Source of the DNA: Victivallaceae bacterium
GTDB taxonomy: Bacteria; Verrucomicrobiota; Lentisphaeria; Victivallales; Victivallaceae
DNA: 64,000 nucleotides
Assembly: GCA_031549345.1 (NCBI GenBank)
Contig: JAVBPY010000009.1
Location: 100,733-164,732 of the forward strand
Reading direction: 5' to 3'
In this document: positions 8,715-17,806 of the stretch, piece after piece
Layout: every line of letters starts with the position of its first letter
Position numbering within the stretch: the first letter of the stretch is position 1
Notes under the pieces: model-generated
The model's database searches: none
What the model was told of the DNA's origin: nothing
The model's input: the letters and a program-made list of their open reading frames with translations, nothing else
Program-made: the position numbers and the translations under genes

Positions 8715-10745
8715 TCATTGTTCATTTCCGGGCGCCGGAGGATTGGTTTCCGCGCGCCGACGTGCGAGGCACTCCTGCACAGCCGCAAGATCCGGCGCAA
8801 TTTTTGCCGCGCGCTCCGCAAGGCGAAGCGCTTCGTCCTTGTTGCCGAGCGCCTCCTCCACTTCCGACAAATTCACCAGAAGAAGAACCCAATCGGGCCT
8901 CTCTTTGAGGAGGTCGCGGTAGAGCGCCGCCGCATCCGCGTCGCGACCGCACACGGCCAGAAGGTAAGCCGAACGATAACGCGTCTCCAAGGTCTGCGGA
9001 AGCGTCTTGAGGACTTCCACCGAAGCCATGTATTCCTTTTCCGCCACGGCGCGGCGGCCCGAGTTTTCCGCGATCTTTCCACTCATAAAGTGGCGGCTGA
9101 ACGCGGCCTCCGGCGTATCGCCCAGCGCGGGAAAAAGACCGCGCAATTCATCGTACTGCTTTGCGCGAAGCAAAAGATCCGCATAGCTCTGGAACAAAAC
9201 GCGGTCTCCCGGGGCCTGGGCCCAAGCAAGGCGGAACTCCTTGAGCGCGTCGTTTGTCCGTTTAAGTTGGTCATAAGCGATCGCGCGCCCCAGGTGCGCC
9301 CCGGTATAATCCGGAGGCAACTTGGCGAAAAACATCAAACTTTCCTCCGGATTCCCGCCGCCGAGCAAGGCCTCGCCCATTGCAAGGTTCGCGAGGGCGC
9401 TGCTGGAATCGTCCGACAGAATGGTGGTGGCCAGTGAAATCATCTCCGTGTAATTGCGCTGCTGAGAGGCGCCGACGAGCATCACGTGCAACGCCACGGA
9501 ACGTGTCGGCGATGGTTTTTGCGTAACGGAAAGAACAGCCGCCGCGACCTTCTGGGCATTAACCTGGTCATTTTTACGATAGTATTCAAAGAGAAGCGGG
9601 CGGAGAAGCTCGACAATGCGCGTCTGGGCCTCTTCGGTATTCAAAGACTTCTTCAACTCCAATACGGCGGGAGCAAGCTTGTCCGTATCCATCGCGGCGA
9701 CCGTTCCGTACAAACGCATCAGGCGGTAAAAAGTGCGGGGCGCCCAACGCGGGCAAGCGTCCAGATACGTGTTCATCTCGGGAAACTTTCCTTCAAGAAA
9801 ACAAGCGGCGGCATTGAGGTAGTTGACCACTTCGATGTCGTGCCGCGTACGGGGCGAATAACGCGCTATCAGCGCGGCGAGATCCTCTTTGCGGTTCAGT
9901 CCGGCATACGCTTCGCCCAGTGCGACGAAGCCAAGGAATTCATTCGGATGAAGCTGGGTGGAGGTTTCAAACCACTTGACCGAATCGGCGATGCGTCCGC
10001 GCGAAACATAAAAATCGCCGAGCCGAAACGCACCGAGCGCGGGAACAAGTTCCGCACAAGCAAGGTATGCCTCCTCCGCCCCCTTATAATCGCCCAATTC
10101 ATAGCATATCACGCCACGGTAATTCAGTGTTTTGCACTGCAAATAAAGCGGCAGATCCTTCAGGACGACCTTATCGAAAAACTCCAAAGACTCCTTTCCC
10201 TTCCCGGCCCGGACGGCGCGGACACCATCCAGGTAATTCCCGACGGAGGGGGATTCTTCCCGGATCGCAACGAGGCTCTCTTCCGGCACATCCTCGTTCC
10301 GGGTAAGAATCGCGGCTTCCAGATAGATCGCCCGGGCGTTCAAAGGAAGATCGCCGCGCCGGAAATCCGCGCGAAGAACGGGAACGAGAGTTTCCGCCGC
10401 CCCCTGCAAGGACAGAATAGCGGCGTACCGGAGGCGAAGTTCGCGGTCCAGGGGAGCCAGAGCCGTCGCGCGGCTATAGCAATGTACGGCATCGGAAAGC
10501 TCGTAACGCTCCTCCGCGATCGTGGCGAGCATCCGGTAAGCCTGCTCGTTCGCGGCGTCTTTTCGCACAATAGCAATCAGGAGGGGCCGCGCCTGCTTGT
10601 AATCGCGCGCCGCGAAAAACCGCTGCGCGCTTTCCATGCGGGCCGTTTCCTTACGGTGTTTAAGCATGAAGTAGCCGATTCCCGCCGCAGTAAAGAGCGA
10701 GACCAACAACATCAGGCATAAAAGAAGAATTTTTATCTTTTTCAA
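8715..10745 (-). CDS. TPR-repeat protein with N-terminal membrane anchor (TTG start)
   Basis: N-terminal hydrophobic helix, then repeated 34-aa A/L/Y-rich helical units through 676 aa; TTG start with AT-rich upstream region. Confidence 0.6.
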   Translation of the reverse strand: MKKIKILLLCLMLLVSLFTAAGIGYFMLKHRKETARMESAQRFFAARDYKQARPLLIAIVRKDAANEQAYRMLATIAEERYELSDAVHCYSRATALAPLDRELRLRYAAILSLQGAAETLVPVLRADFRRGDLPLNARAIYLEAAILTRNEDVPEESLVAIREESPSVGNYLDGVRAVRAGKGKESLEFFDKVVLKDLPLYLQCKTLNYRGVICYELGDYKGAEEAYLACAELVPALGAFRLGDFYVSRGRIADSVKWFETSTQLHPNEFLGFVALGEAYAGLNRKEDLAALIARYSPRTRHDIEVVNYLNAAACFLEGKFPEMNTYLDACPRWAPRTFYRLMRLYGTVAAMDTDKLAPAVLELKKSLNTEEAQTRIVELLRPLLFEYYRKNDQVNAQKVAAAVLSVTQKPSPTRSVALHVMLVGASQQRNYTEMISLATTILSDDSSSALANLAMGEALLGGGNPEESLMFFAKLPPDYTGAHLGRAIAYDQLKRTNDALKEFRLAWAQAPGDRVLFQSYADLLLRAKQYDELRGLFPALGDTPEAAFSRHFMSGKIAENSGRRAVAEKEYMASVEVLKTLPQTLETRYRSAYLLAVCGRDADAAALYRDLLKERPDWVLLLVNLSEVEEALGNKDEALRLAERAAKIAPDLAAVQECLARRRAETNPPAPGNEQ

Positions 10746-10952
10746 AGCAAAACCAGCCTTACCTCATAAAAACGTCAATACAAGTGCACACAAAGCCAAC
10801 AATGAACCCTATTTAATGTACTGCTGTTTCGTCTTTTTTCAACAACCGTATCTATCTTTTGTATAAAAAACACTCATTTTACAGCAAATTCCCTGCCGAA
10901 GCGGAGCAAGTCGGGACATTCCCGGCAATCCCCCCGGCAGGCACAAGGAAAA

Positions 10953-11981
10953 TCAGCGAACCTTGAAGCGTTTTTCAACAACATCGAAGAATATATTCGC
11001 TTTGTTTTCTTCGAACCATGCGAGCATTTTCTTCGCATCCGCGCTTTGTCCGGTAAAGGCGACGAGACGGCCGCGAAGATTTCCCCCGTCCCAATGCATA
11101 GCATCATCGCCCGGTGAAACGGCGACGTAACGAATCAATGCGCCGAGAGCCTCCACATTACCGCGTTCGGCGGCACGAAGCGCATATTGATTGCGTTCCC
11201 AGGGCTGGCTGTAGCGGTGCCCTTCCCACGCGCGGTTGCTGATTGCGGTCAGATCCACATTCGCAAAACCTTGAACCGCGGCAAAAAGCTGTGACATGTT
11301 GTTCACGGTTTCGTAAGCGTGAATCACCTCTTTTTCCTCCTCCGCGGTCAGGCGGAGCTGCGGTATGGCCTGCGCAATCTCCCAACCGCTGTTGCCATTT
11401 TTGAGCATGCCCAGAATTGTCGCCTTGGCCTCGTTGGCCCATCCCCGCGCAACAATGACACTCAAAAGGCGCGGATTGCCCGCCAGGGATTTGAGAAGAA
11501 GGTCCTTATCGTCGTCGTTCACCAAGGCCGGGAGCGCGTAGGTCAGGTGATAAAATCCGGCGTCCGAAACAAAGGGCAGAAGAAGCGCCAGATGCCCGGG
11601 CCCGATGCTTTTAAGCAGGGTAACTTGCGGATCGGTAGGCGAATAGGCATTTTGCCCCATGGAAGCGATTTTGATCCGGTTTAAAAAACGGAGAATGGCC
11701 GCATCGTCCGCCCCCGTCTTCAGCGGCTCGATTTTCGCAAGGAGTGCGGCGCTCCCCGTATTCCCCGGGCGCGACAAACCTGTAAGAGCGCCGCCGGAAG
11801 GGAGCTCGTTTTGTCTTTGCAGTTTTTCCGCGATGGCGGTGAGCTGGCGGTTGGTTTCGGCCAATTCCTTCGTCAGAGCCTCGTATTGTTCCGGCGCAGG
11901 CTGGGGCGAAGGAAAAGAGATGATGCATCCGTTCAACAAAACGAGTGCTCCGGCAAGAGAACTTCCAATAATAACTTTCAT
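10953..11981 (-). CDS. Lipoprotein of unknown function (paralog B of a tandem pair)
   Basis: Signal + lipobox LLNGC; coiled-coil segment; shares LK.IGPGH..L...F and A.P.L...DKD.LL..L...PRL blocks with the upstream paralog; 4-nt overlap with it. Confidence 0.45.
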   Translation of the reverse strand: MKVIIGSSLAGALVLLNGCIISFPSPQPAPEQYEALTKELAETNRQLTAIAEKLQRQNELPSGGALTGLSRPGNTGSAALLAKIEPLKTGADDAAILRFLNRIKIASMGQNAYSPTDPQVTLLKSIGPGHLALLLPFVSDAGFYHLTYALPALVNDDDKDLLLKSLAGNPRLLSVIVARGWANEAKATILGMLKNGNSGWEIAQAIPQLRLTAEEEKEVIHAYETVNNMSQLFAAVQGFANVDLTAISNRAWEGHRYSQPWERNQYALRAAERGNVEALGALIRYVAVSPGDDAMHWDGGNLRGRLVAFTGQSADAKKMLAWFEENKANIFFDVVEKRFKVR

Positions 11982-12970
11982 CTTACAATCAGCTCCCGGG
12001 GTACGATGAATTGTTGTTTTTCAGGCGAATAGACAAGTTTATCCTGGTGTTTACACATGTTCAGCAATGTGGCGTTCCAGTCGTTCATGTAAAAAGCCGG
12101 AGTGAAGTTGGCGCGGAAATAGGTGTTTTTCTTACGGAATTCCGGGTCGTCGCGCCATTTGCAAAGCATGAAGTTCAATGCCTCGCGGTTCCCCATTTGT
12201 ACGCCGGAGTAGCCAAGGGATACTCGATCCTGCTCCGTCCCGTTCTTCATGCGATATTCCCACGCGCGGGCAAAAAGAGCCTGTCCGTCAATCTCCGGAA
12301 ACCGGACCAAAATCGGCCCCAGGAAAGAGAAGCGCACACTGTTTACGAAGCACTCGGAGAAATACGCTCGGTCTTCCGGCGTTGTGATATACTCCCGCAA
12401 CGAACTTTCCAGTGCGCGGATCTCCCCCTTTTCCTCTTTAAACGCGGCGAGAACGCGGGGTTTAAGCTCTTCGGGAGTCGCCCAAAATTTGACGTAGGGG
12501 TAGAGCCGCGGGTATTTCGGCAGGAGGCGCAACATTTCATCCTTGTCCTCCGGTCCAATTAACTGCGGAAACGCAATCCGCATCCCCGGAGCGAGTTTTC
12601 CATGTCCGATAAAACGGGCAAGAACCGGAATGTGCCCTCGGCCGATCTTGAGGATATACGGGGCGGCGCCCATCTGCGTGGATGTATCCGTAACGTCCCG
12701 GAGAGCCCGTTCGATGGAACGCATGTATGCTTCCAGTTCGGCATCGGTCGCGCCGGGCGCGGGAGCCGGAATAAGGGCAAGGCGCATGTCGGGCGTGGTG
12801 TGCCGCTCAATGTCCTTGTCCAGCTGCGCGTTGATTTCACGCAACGTCCCATTGGCGATGCGGAGTTGAGCGGTCAGAATATCCAGCCCCGGGTCCGACG
12901 TATGAAAACATCCCCCCAGTAAAATCAGGGATGCACAGCACACGGACGGCAACCAAGTTTTCGTTTTCAT
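11978..12970 (-). CDS. Lipoprotein of unknown function (paralog A of a tandem pair)
   Basis: Signal + lipobox LLGGC; ILKIGRGHIPVLARFIGHG and AFPQLIGPEDKDEMLRLLPKYPRL blocks are homologous to paralog B; starts 18 nt after cls. Confidence 0.45.
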   Translation of the reverse strand: MKTKTWLPSVCCASLILLGGCFHTSDPGLDILTAQLRIANGTLREINAQLDKDIERHTTPDMRLALIPAPAPGATDAELEAYMRSIERALRDVTDTSTQMGAAPYILKIGRGHIPVLARFIGHGKLAPGMRIAFPQLIGPEDKDEMLRLLPKYPRLYPYVKFWATPEELKPRVLAAFKEEKGEIRALESSLREYITTPEDRAYFSECFVNSVRFSFLGPILVRFPEIDGQALFARAWEYRMKNGTEQDRVSLGYSGVQMGNREALNFMLCKWRDDPEFRKKNTYFRANFTPAFYMNDWNATLLNMCKHQDKLVYSPEKQQFIVPRELIVR

Positions 12971-12988
12971 AAATTCCTTTCCGTCCGG

Positions 12989-14476
12989 TTATAGAATAGG
13001 GGTCAACAATGCGCAAACATTTTCCAGAACCCGCCGCAAAAGAGGCTTCCGTCGCTCTTCCTCCAACGAAATCGGCTCCGAATGAGCGAGTTCGGCTTGG
13101 AACTGGCTTCGCATGGTCTTAACAAACATTCCACCTTCAAAGCAAAAATCAAGCTCAAAATTCAACCGGAAGCTGCGGCTGTCGCAATTGCTCGATCCCA
13201 TAAATCCCCACTCCTCATCCATAAGAAGGGCTTTTATGTGCGAAAAAACGCCCTCTTTACGGTATAATTTAACACCGGCTTCGAGAAGTTGCAAATAAAA
13301 GTTTTGCGCCGCCCAATCCACAAAGAAATGGTTGTTGTTCGCCGGAACCACAATACGCACATCCACCCCCCGCGCGGCAGCAAGGCAAAGAAGGCGGATG
13401 TACTCCGCGCCGGGAACAAAGTAGGGCGTCATAATCCACAAGGAGCGCCGCGCCGACACGGCGGCGGTGAAAAAAAGCTGCTTCGTCCCCTCGAAATTGC
13501 TCCCCGGCCCGCCGGCGAGGACGCGAACCGTGTCGTCCCCTTCCCTGGAAGGGATGGGAAAATCGTGCACGCTGATCCCCGTGAGCCAGCGTCCGCGTGT
13601 GGTGTACGCCCAATCCAGAAGGAACGAGCGCGTGAAATGCACCACCGCGGGCCCTTCCAGGCGGCAATGCAAATCATGGATGTGGCGGCTGGCGGGGACA
13701 TGGGTCAGAAGTTCGTTCTCCTCCGAAATATTGATCCCCCCGGAGTAGGCGATGCGACCATCCACCAGGAGCAGTTTCCGGTGGTTGCGGAGCTGAAAGC
13801 GCCACGGGGCAAGGAGGTTGAACGGCGAAAATGCGCGAATCCTGAAATTCTTCTTCCGCCGCCAGAGGCGAATGCGGAAATAGTGCGAAAAATAGGATTT
13901 CAAACTCCCGAAACTATCGAAAATAACCTTGACATCCACCCCTTCGTCCGCCTTGGCCTCCAATGCATTCATAAATGCCCGCCCGCTGTGGTCGCTCATC
14001 AGGATAAACGACTGCATCCGTATGCAGTGGCGCGCGTTCCGTATGTCTTCAAGCATGCGCGGGTATGCGGTAACGCCGTCGCACAGCATTTCGAGGCGGT
14101 TGCCTGTGGTTATGGGAGCGTCCGGAAAAAGATTGTCGAGCGTCCGGTTCTGCTCCTTCCGACAAAGCGCCTCCGGCGGCTGAAAGGAGGACATGGCGTC
14201 CTCCAGCGCGGCAAACCGCGCGCCGAGTTCCGCACCGGGGTTCTTCCGAATCGCATCCTGAAGGCGCATGATTTTCCGGCGGCTGTGTCCCAAACGAACG
14301 ATGCCGAATAAAAGATAACCCACCACGCCGAAAACAGGGATAAGAAGGACGGCGAGAAGCCAAAACGCGGCTTCGCCCGGCTCGCGGTGTTTTGTAATGA
14401 GAATATGCAGACCGATGGCAGTGTGCATGACAAGGTATATACTGCTTAAAACCCAACTGTATTCGTACCATTCCAT
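12989..14476 (-). CDS. cls: Cardiolipin synthase (phospholipase D superfamily, two HKD motifs)
   Basis: Two N-terminal TM helices; HRKLLLVDGRIAYSGGINI and HIKALLMDEEWGFMGSSNCDSRS are the paired HxK(x)4D motifs; length 495 aa matches ClsA. Confidence 0.85.
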   Translation of the reverse strand: MEWYEYSWVLSSIYLVMHTAIGLHILITKHREPGEAAFWLLAVLLIPVFGVVGYLLFGIVRLGHSRRKIMRLQDAIRKNPGAELGARFAALEDAMSSFQPPEALCRKEQNRTLDNLFPDAPITTGNRLEMLCDGVTAYPRMLEDIRNARHCIRMQSFILMSDHSGRAFMNALEAKADEGVDVKVIFDSFGSLKSYFSHYFRIRLWRRKKNFRIRAFSPFNLLAPWRFQLRNHRKLLLVDGRIAYSGGINISEENELLTHVPASRHIHDLHCRLEGPAVVHFTRSFLLDWAYTTRGRWLTGISVHDFPIPSREGDDTVRVLAGGPGSNFEGTKQLFFTAAVSARRSLWIMTPYFVPGAEYIRLLCLAAARGVDVRIVVPANNNHFFVDWAAQNFYLQLLEAGVKLYRKEGVFSHIKALLMDEEWGFMGSSNCDSRSFRLNFELDFCFEGGMFVKTMRSQFQAELAHSEPISLEEERRKPLLRRVLENVCALLTPIL

Positions 14477-14532
14477 AGTAGATATAGTATAGCGTACGGG
14501 CGAAATATGTCAAGCTTTTCCACCTTATTCGG

Positions 14533-14560
14533 TTGACTTTTGTTGAAAAACGGTTATCCT
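14533..14560 (+). promoter_or_regulatory. Putative sigma70 promoter of recC (TTGACT - 16 nt - TATCCT), implying a near-leaderless recC mRNA
   Basis: Hexamers read directly: ttgact tttgttgaaaaacggt tatcct, 9 nt before the ATG at 14570. Confidence 0.35.
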
Positions 14561-14569
14561 ACATCTACG

Positions 14570-17500
14570 ATGCAATTTCAGCTCTACACAGGAAACAAAC
14601 TCGAGGTGCTCGCCGGGCGCTTCGCCCTCCTCCGCAACAGCGTTCCGCGCGATCCGTTTGAAACGGAAACCGTGGCGGTTCCCACGCGGGGAATGGCGAC
14701 GTGGCTCTCGCAGAACCTCGCCCGCACGAACGGCATCGCCGCAAACATACGCTTCCCGTTCCTGGGGGCATTCGTTGCGGAAATTCTCCGGAAACAACTG
14801 CCGGAGGAACGTTTCGACGCGGAGGCTTTTTCCGTTGCCGGCATGGGCTGGAGAATCTTTCATCTTCTCGGAAGCGAACAGGAACAGTACCCGGAACTGG
14901 CAAATTATCTTCGCAATCCCGATAAACCCGAGTTGCGGCGCTACCAGCTTGCCTGCCGCATCGCGGAAGTGTTCGATCAATACCAGCTTTACCGCCCGGA
15001 ACTCCTTCTTGAATGGAAAAACCGCGAACCCGCCCATCCTGTCGAGCGCTGGCAGGCGCGCTTGTGGCGCGCCTTGTGCCGCGACGGGAAAAAAAGCCGC
15101 GCCGAACTCCTTTTGCGTTTTTTGAACCGCACCGATGTGGAAGATGCTCCCCTGGGCGAGATCAATCTCTTCGGTATCGGGGCGATGCCTCCGGTGTTTC
15201 TTTCGTTCTTCGCAAAAGTGGCGCGGCGTTCGACGGTGCGCTTATTTTATTTGAATCCCTGCCGGGAATATTGGGCGGATCAGCCCGTCGGAAAGGAACA
15301 GCCGGAATTGCCGGGGCTGTCGTTCGATGCGCCGGAAAATCCACTCCTCCGGGCATTCGCCCTCCAGGGGCGTGCGTTTTTCGACGCGGTCATGCATCTG
15401 GACGGCGAGGTTCTGGCATTGGGGGACGAATGTTTTGAGGACTACCCGGGGACATCCGCCCTCGCACGACTTCAGCAGGATGTGCTCGACCAGGCCCAGC
15501 GCGGCACGCAGGCGTTTCCCGCGTTGCCGCTGGAGCCGGGAGACGACTCGATTACGTTCCACAATTGCCACGGCGAGTTGCGCCAGGTGGAAATCCTTCA
15601 TGACCTGATTCTTGATGAAATGCAACACAAAAACACCCCTCCCCGCGAAATCATGGTAATGGCTCCGGACATCGCCCGCTTTGCTCCGTGCATCCGCGCG
15701 GTGTTCGATGCGGGCCCTTTAGCAGGAATGTACGCCATTTGCGACCGCGCGATGGCGCAGAGCAATCTTCACGCGGAAGCATTCAACGCAATTCTGCGTT
15801 TTGTACGCGGACGCTTCGAAGCGTCGGAGTTCATCGAACTGCTCGAACACCCGGCCATACGGAAACACTGTGCATTGGGAAACGACGCGCCCGCACGCGT
15901 GCGCGATCTATTGGAAGAAGCGCGCATCCGTTGGGGGCTCGACGGAGCAATGCGCGCCGAGTTTCTGGATATTTCCATGGAATCGTGCACATGGCGGCGC
16001 GGGTTGGACCGGATGCTGCTCGGCCTGGCCTTGGAGGATGATTCGGAAAATCCCGGCCCACTGGCGGCGCTCCCTCCTGTCGCGCTCGCGGGGGGCGACG
16101 ACGCGACAACCCTTCTGGGAACGCTCTCCGCACTGATCGGCAGGCTCGCCGCGCTCCGCGAACGCCTTGCGCGGCCGCATCCGCCGGAAGGGTGGCGGGA
16201 AATTCTCGAAAAAGTGTTGGAGGACTTTTTTGTAGCGGACAACGAAAGCGGAACTGAGCTTGCGGTGTTGCGGAAACTGTTCCGCGAATTCAGCGCCGGC
16301 GCGGAGCGCTCCGGGTGTTCGGAGCCACTCTCCTTCGATTTGATCGCATGCATTCTGGAACAATCGCTCCGGACGACCGGGCCGAACGAACCGTTCCTGC
16401 GTGGAAAAATCACCTTCTGCTCTTTGGTTCCCATGCGGAGCATTCCGGCGCAGGTAATCGCAATTCTGGGCATGGACGATGGAATGTTTCCGCGCCGCGA
16501 TCCACAGACGGGTTTCAATTTGCTCGCAACGCGCGTCCGACCGGGCGACCGTTCGCGGGCCTGGGAAGACCGGTATCTTTTCCTGGAAGCCCTTCTGGCG
16601 GCACGCCGGAAATTCATTCTTCTTTTTCAAGGGCAGAGCAACCGAGAACATGAAAACTTTCCGCCGGCAATCCCCGTTTCCGAATTAATGGAGGCGCTGA
16701 ACCGAACCTTCCTGCCCACGGAAGCAGGAACCCCCTCCGAACGCCTTTCCCGGAAACACAAACTGCAGGCGTTCGCATCGGAGTATTTCTCCAACGGCTC
16801 CGGTTTATTCAGTTATTCCGCGGAAAACAGCCTTGTCGCCCGCCAATCGGAAGAAACGCGCGTTTCGACGCTCCCACGTTTCCGCGACAACCTTGAGGTT
16901 CCGGAAGAGGCGGATTCAACTTTCTTTTCCCTGCGCGATGTGGAACGTTACTTTACCGACGCCTGTACGGTTTTTCTGGAGGAACAACTCCTTTTCTCCA
17001 ACGGATTCCGCAACATGGACACAAAGGAGATTCAAGATTGCGAAACGCTCCGGCTCGACGCGGGGGAACGTTACCACCTCCGGCTCCGTATCGGTGAACG
17101 ACAGGCGCGCGAGGAAATCGGCGAACAACTCAAAAAGCGCTTCATCGCCCGCCTGGAGGCCGAAGATCTGCTCCCGACAGGCGCGTTGGGGGAACAGTAT
17201 TTTGACGCGCTCCAACGGGAATCCATCCTCTCCGACAATGCCTTCCGCGCGGCGTTCGCCGCACAGACTCCGTGTTTGATCGAAATTCCCCTTTCCGGCG
17301 GGCGTCGCATCACAGGATCCCTTTCCGCCGCTCCGGATGGCTCCGGCCTTGTGCGCTGCCGCTTCACCGGATTGAAACCCAAGGACTTCATCCGTTTTTA
17401 CCTTCAACACCTCGCATTGGCCGCGTCGGGCGGCAATACGCCCCGGAGCATCCTTCTGGGGCGAACGGACGATCCGCCGGAAACCCTTGCCGGCATAGGG

Positions 17501-17806
17501 AAAACCGAAGCGTGCGCACGGTGGGAAGAACTTCTGGATATCTACCGCCTCGGCCGCCGGCGGCCGCTGCCGATTCTCCCGGAGGCGGCCACGGCTTATT
17601 TTTCCACCGAAGACCCGGCAAAACGCTGGAACAACGCCCGAAAGGGCTTCCACGACCAGCCCTTCGACCGTCCCGCCACCGGGGACTACGTCCTGGACGC
17701 GGTCCGCCGCCTCTATGCACCGGAAGATTTCGACGATCCCGTCTTTCAGGAAGAGTTCGTCCGCTTTTCCGAACCTCTCTTCCGCTGGAGGCAGAAATAT
17801 GAATGA
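14570..17806 (+). CDS. recC: Exodeoxyribonuclease V gamma subunit RecC
   Basis: MQFQLYTGNKLEVLAGRFA...TVAVPTRGMATWL parallels the E. coli RecC N-terminus (MLRVYHSNRLDVL...ILVQSTGMAQWL); about 1080 aa; immediately followed by recB and recD. The ATG at 14570 is preferred over the upstream TTG of the track ORF. Confidence 0.9.
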   Translation: MQFQLYTGNKLEVLAGRFALLRNSVPRDPFETETVAVPTRGMATWLSQNLARTNGIAANIRFPFLGAFVAEILRKQLPEERFDAEAFSVAGMGWRIFHLLGSEQEQYPELANYLRNPDKPELRRYQLACRIAEVFDQYQLYRPELLLEWKNREPAHPVERWQARLWRALCRDGKKSRAELLLRFLNRTDVEDAPLGEINLFGIGAMPPVFLSFFAKVARRSTVRLFYLNPCREYWADQPVGKEQPELPGLSFDAPENPLLRAFALQGRAFFDAVMHLDGEVLALGDECFEDYPGTSALARLQQDVLDQAQRGTQAFPALPLEPGDDSITFHNCHGELRQVEILHDLILDEMQHKNTPPREIMVMAPDIARFAPCIRAVFDAGPLAGMYAICDRAMAQSNLHAEAFNAILRFVRGRFEASEFIELLEHPAIRKHCALGNDAPARVRDLLEEARIRWGLDGAMRAEFLDISMESCTWRRGLDRMLLGLALEDDSENPGPLAALPPVALAGGDDATTLLGTLSALIGRLAALRERLARPHPPEGWREILEKVLEDFFVADNESGTELAVLRKLFREFSAGAERSGCSEPLSFDLIACILEQSLRTTGPNEPFLRGKITFCSLVPMRSIPAQVIAILGMDDGMFPRRDPQTGFNLLATRVRPGDRSRAWEDRYLFLEALLAARRKFILLFQGQSNREHENFPPAIPVSELMEALNRTFLPTEAGTPSERLSRKHKLQAFASEYFSNGSGLFSYSAENSLVARQSEETRVSTLPRFRDNLEVPEEADSTFFSLRDVERYFTDACTVFLEEQLLFSNGFRNMDTKEIQDCETLRLDAGERYHLRLRIGERQAREEIGEQLKKRFIARLEAEDLLPTGALGEQYFDALQRESILSDNAFRAAFAAQTPCLIEIPLSGGRRITGSLSAAPDGSGLVRCRFTGLKPKDFIRFYLQHLALAASGGNTPRSILLGRTDDPPETLAGIGKTEACARWEELLDIYRLGRRRPLPILPEAATAYFSTEDPAKRWNNARKGFHDQPFDRPATGDYVLDAVRRLYAPEDFDDPVFQEEFVRFSEPLFRWRQKYE

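Noticed and set aside
14540-14569. Upstream TTG start of the recC track ORF
   Set aside because: The extension MLKNGYPTST has no counterpart in RecC proteins and contains the predicted -35/-10 hexamers; the ATG at 14570 aligns with the RecC N-terminus
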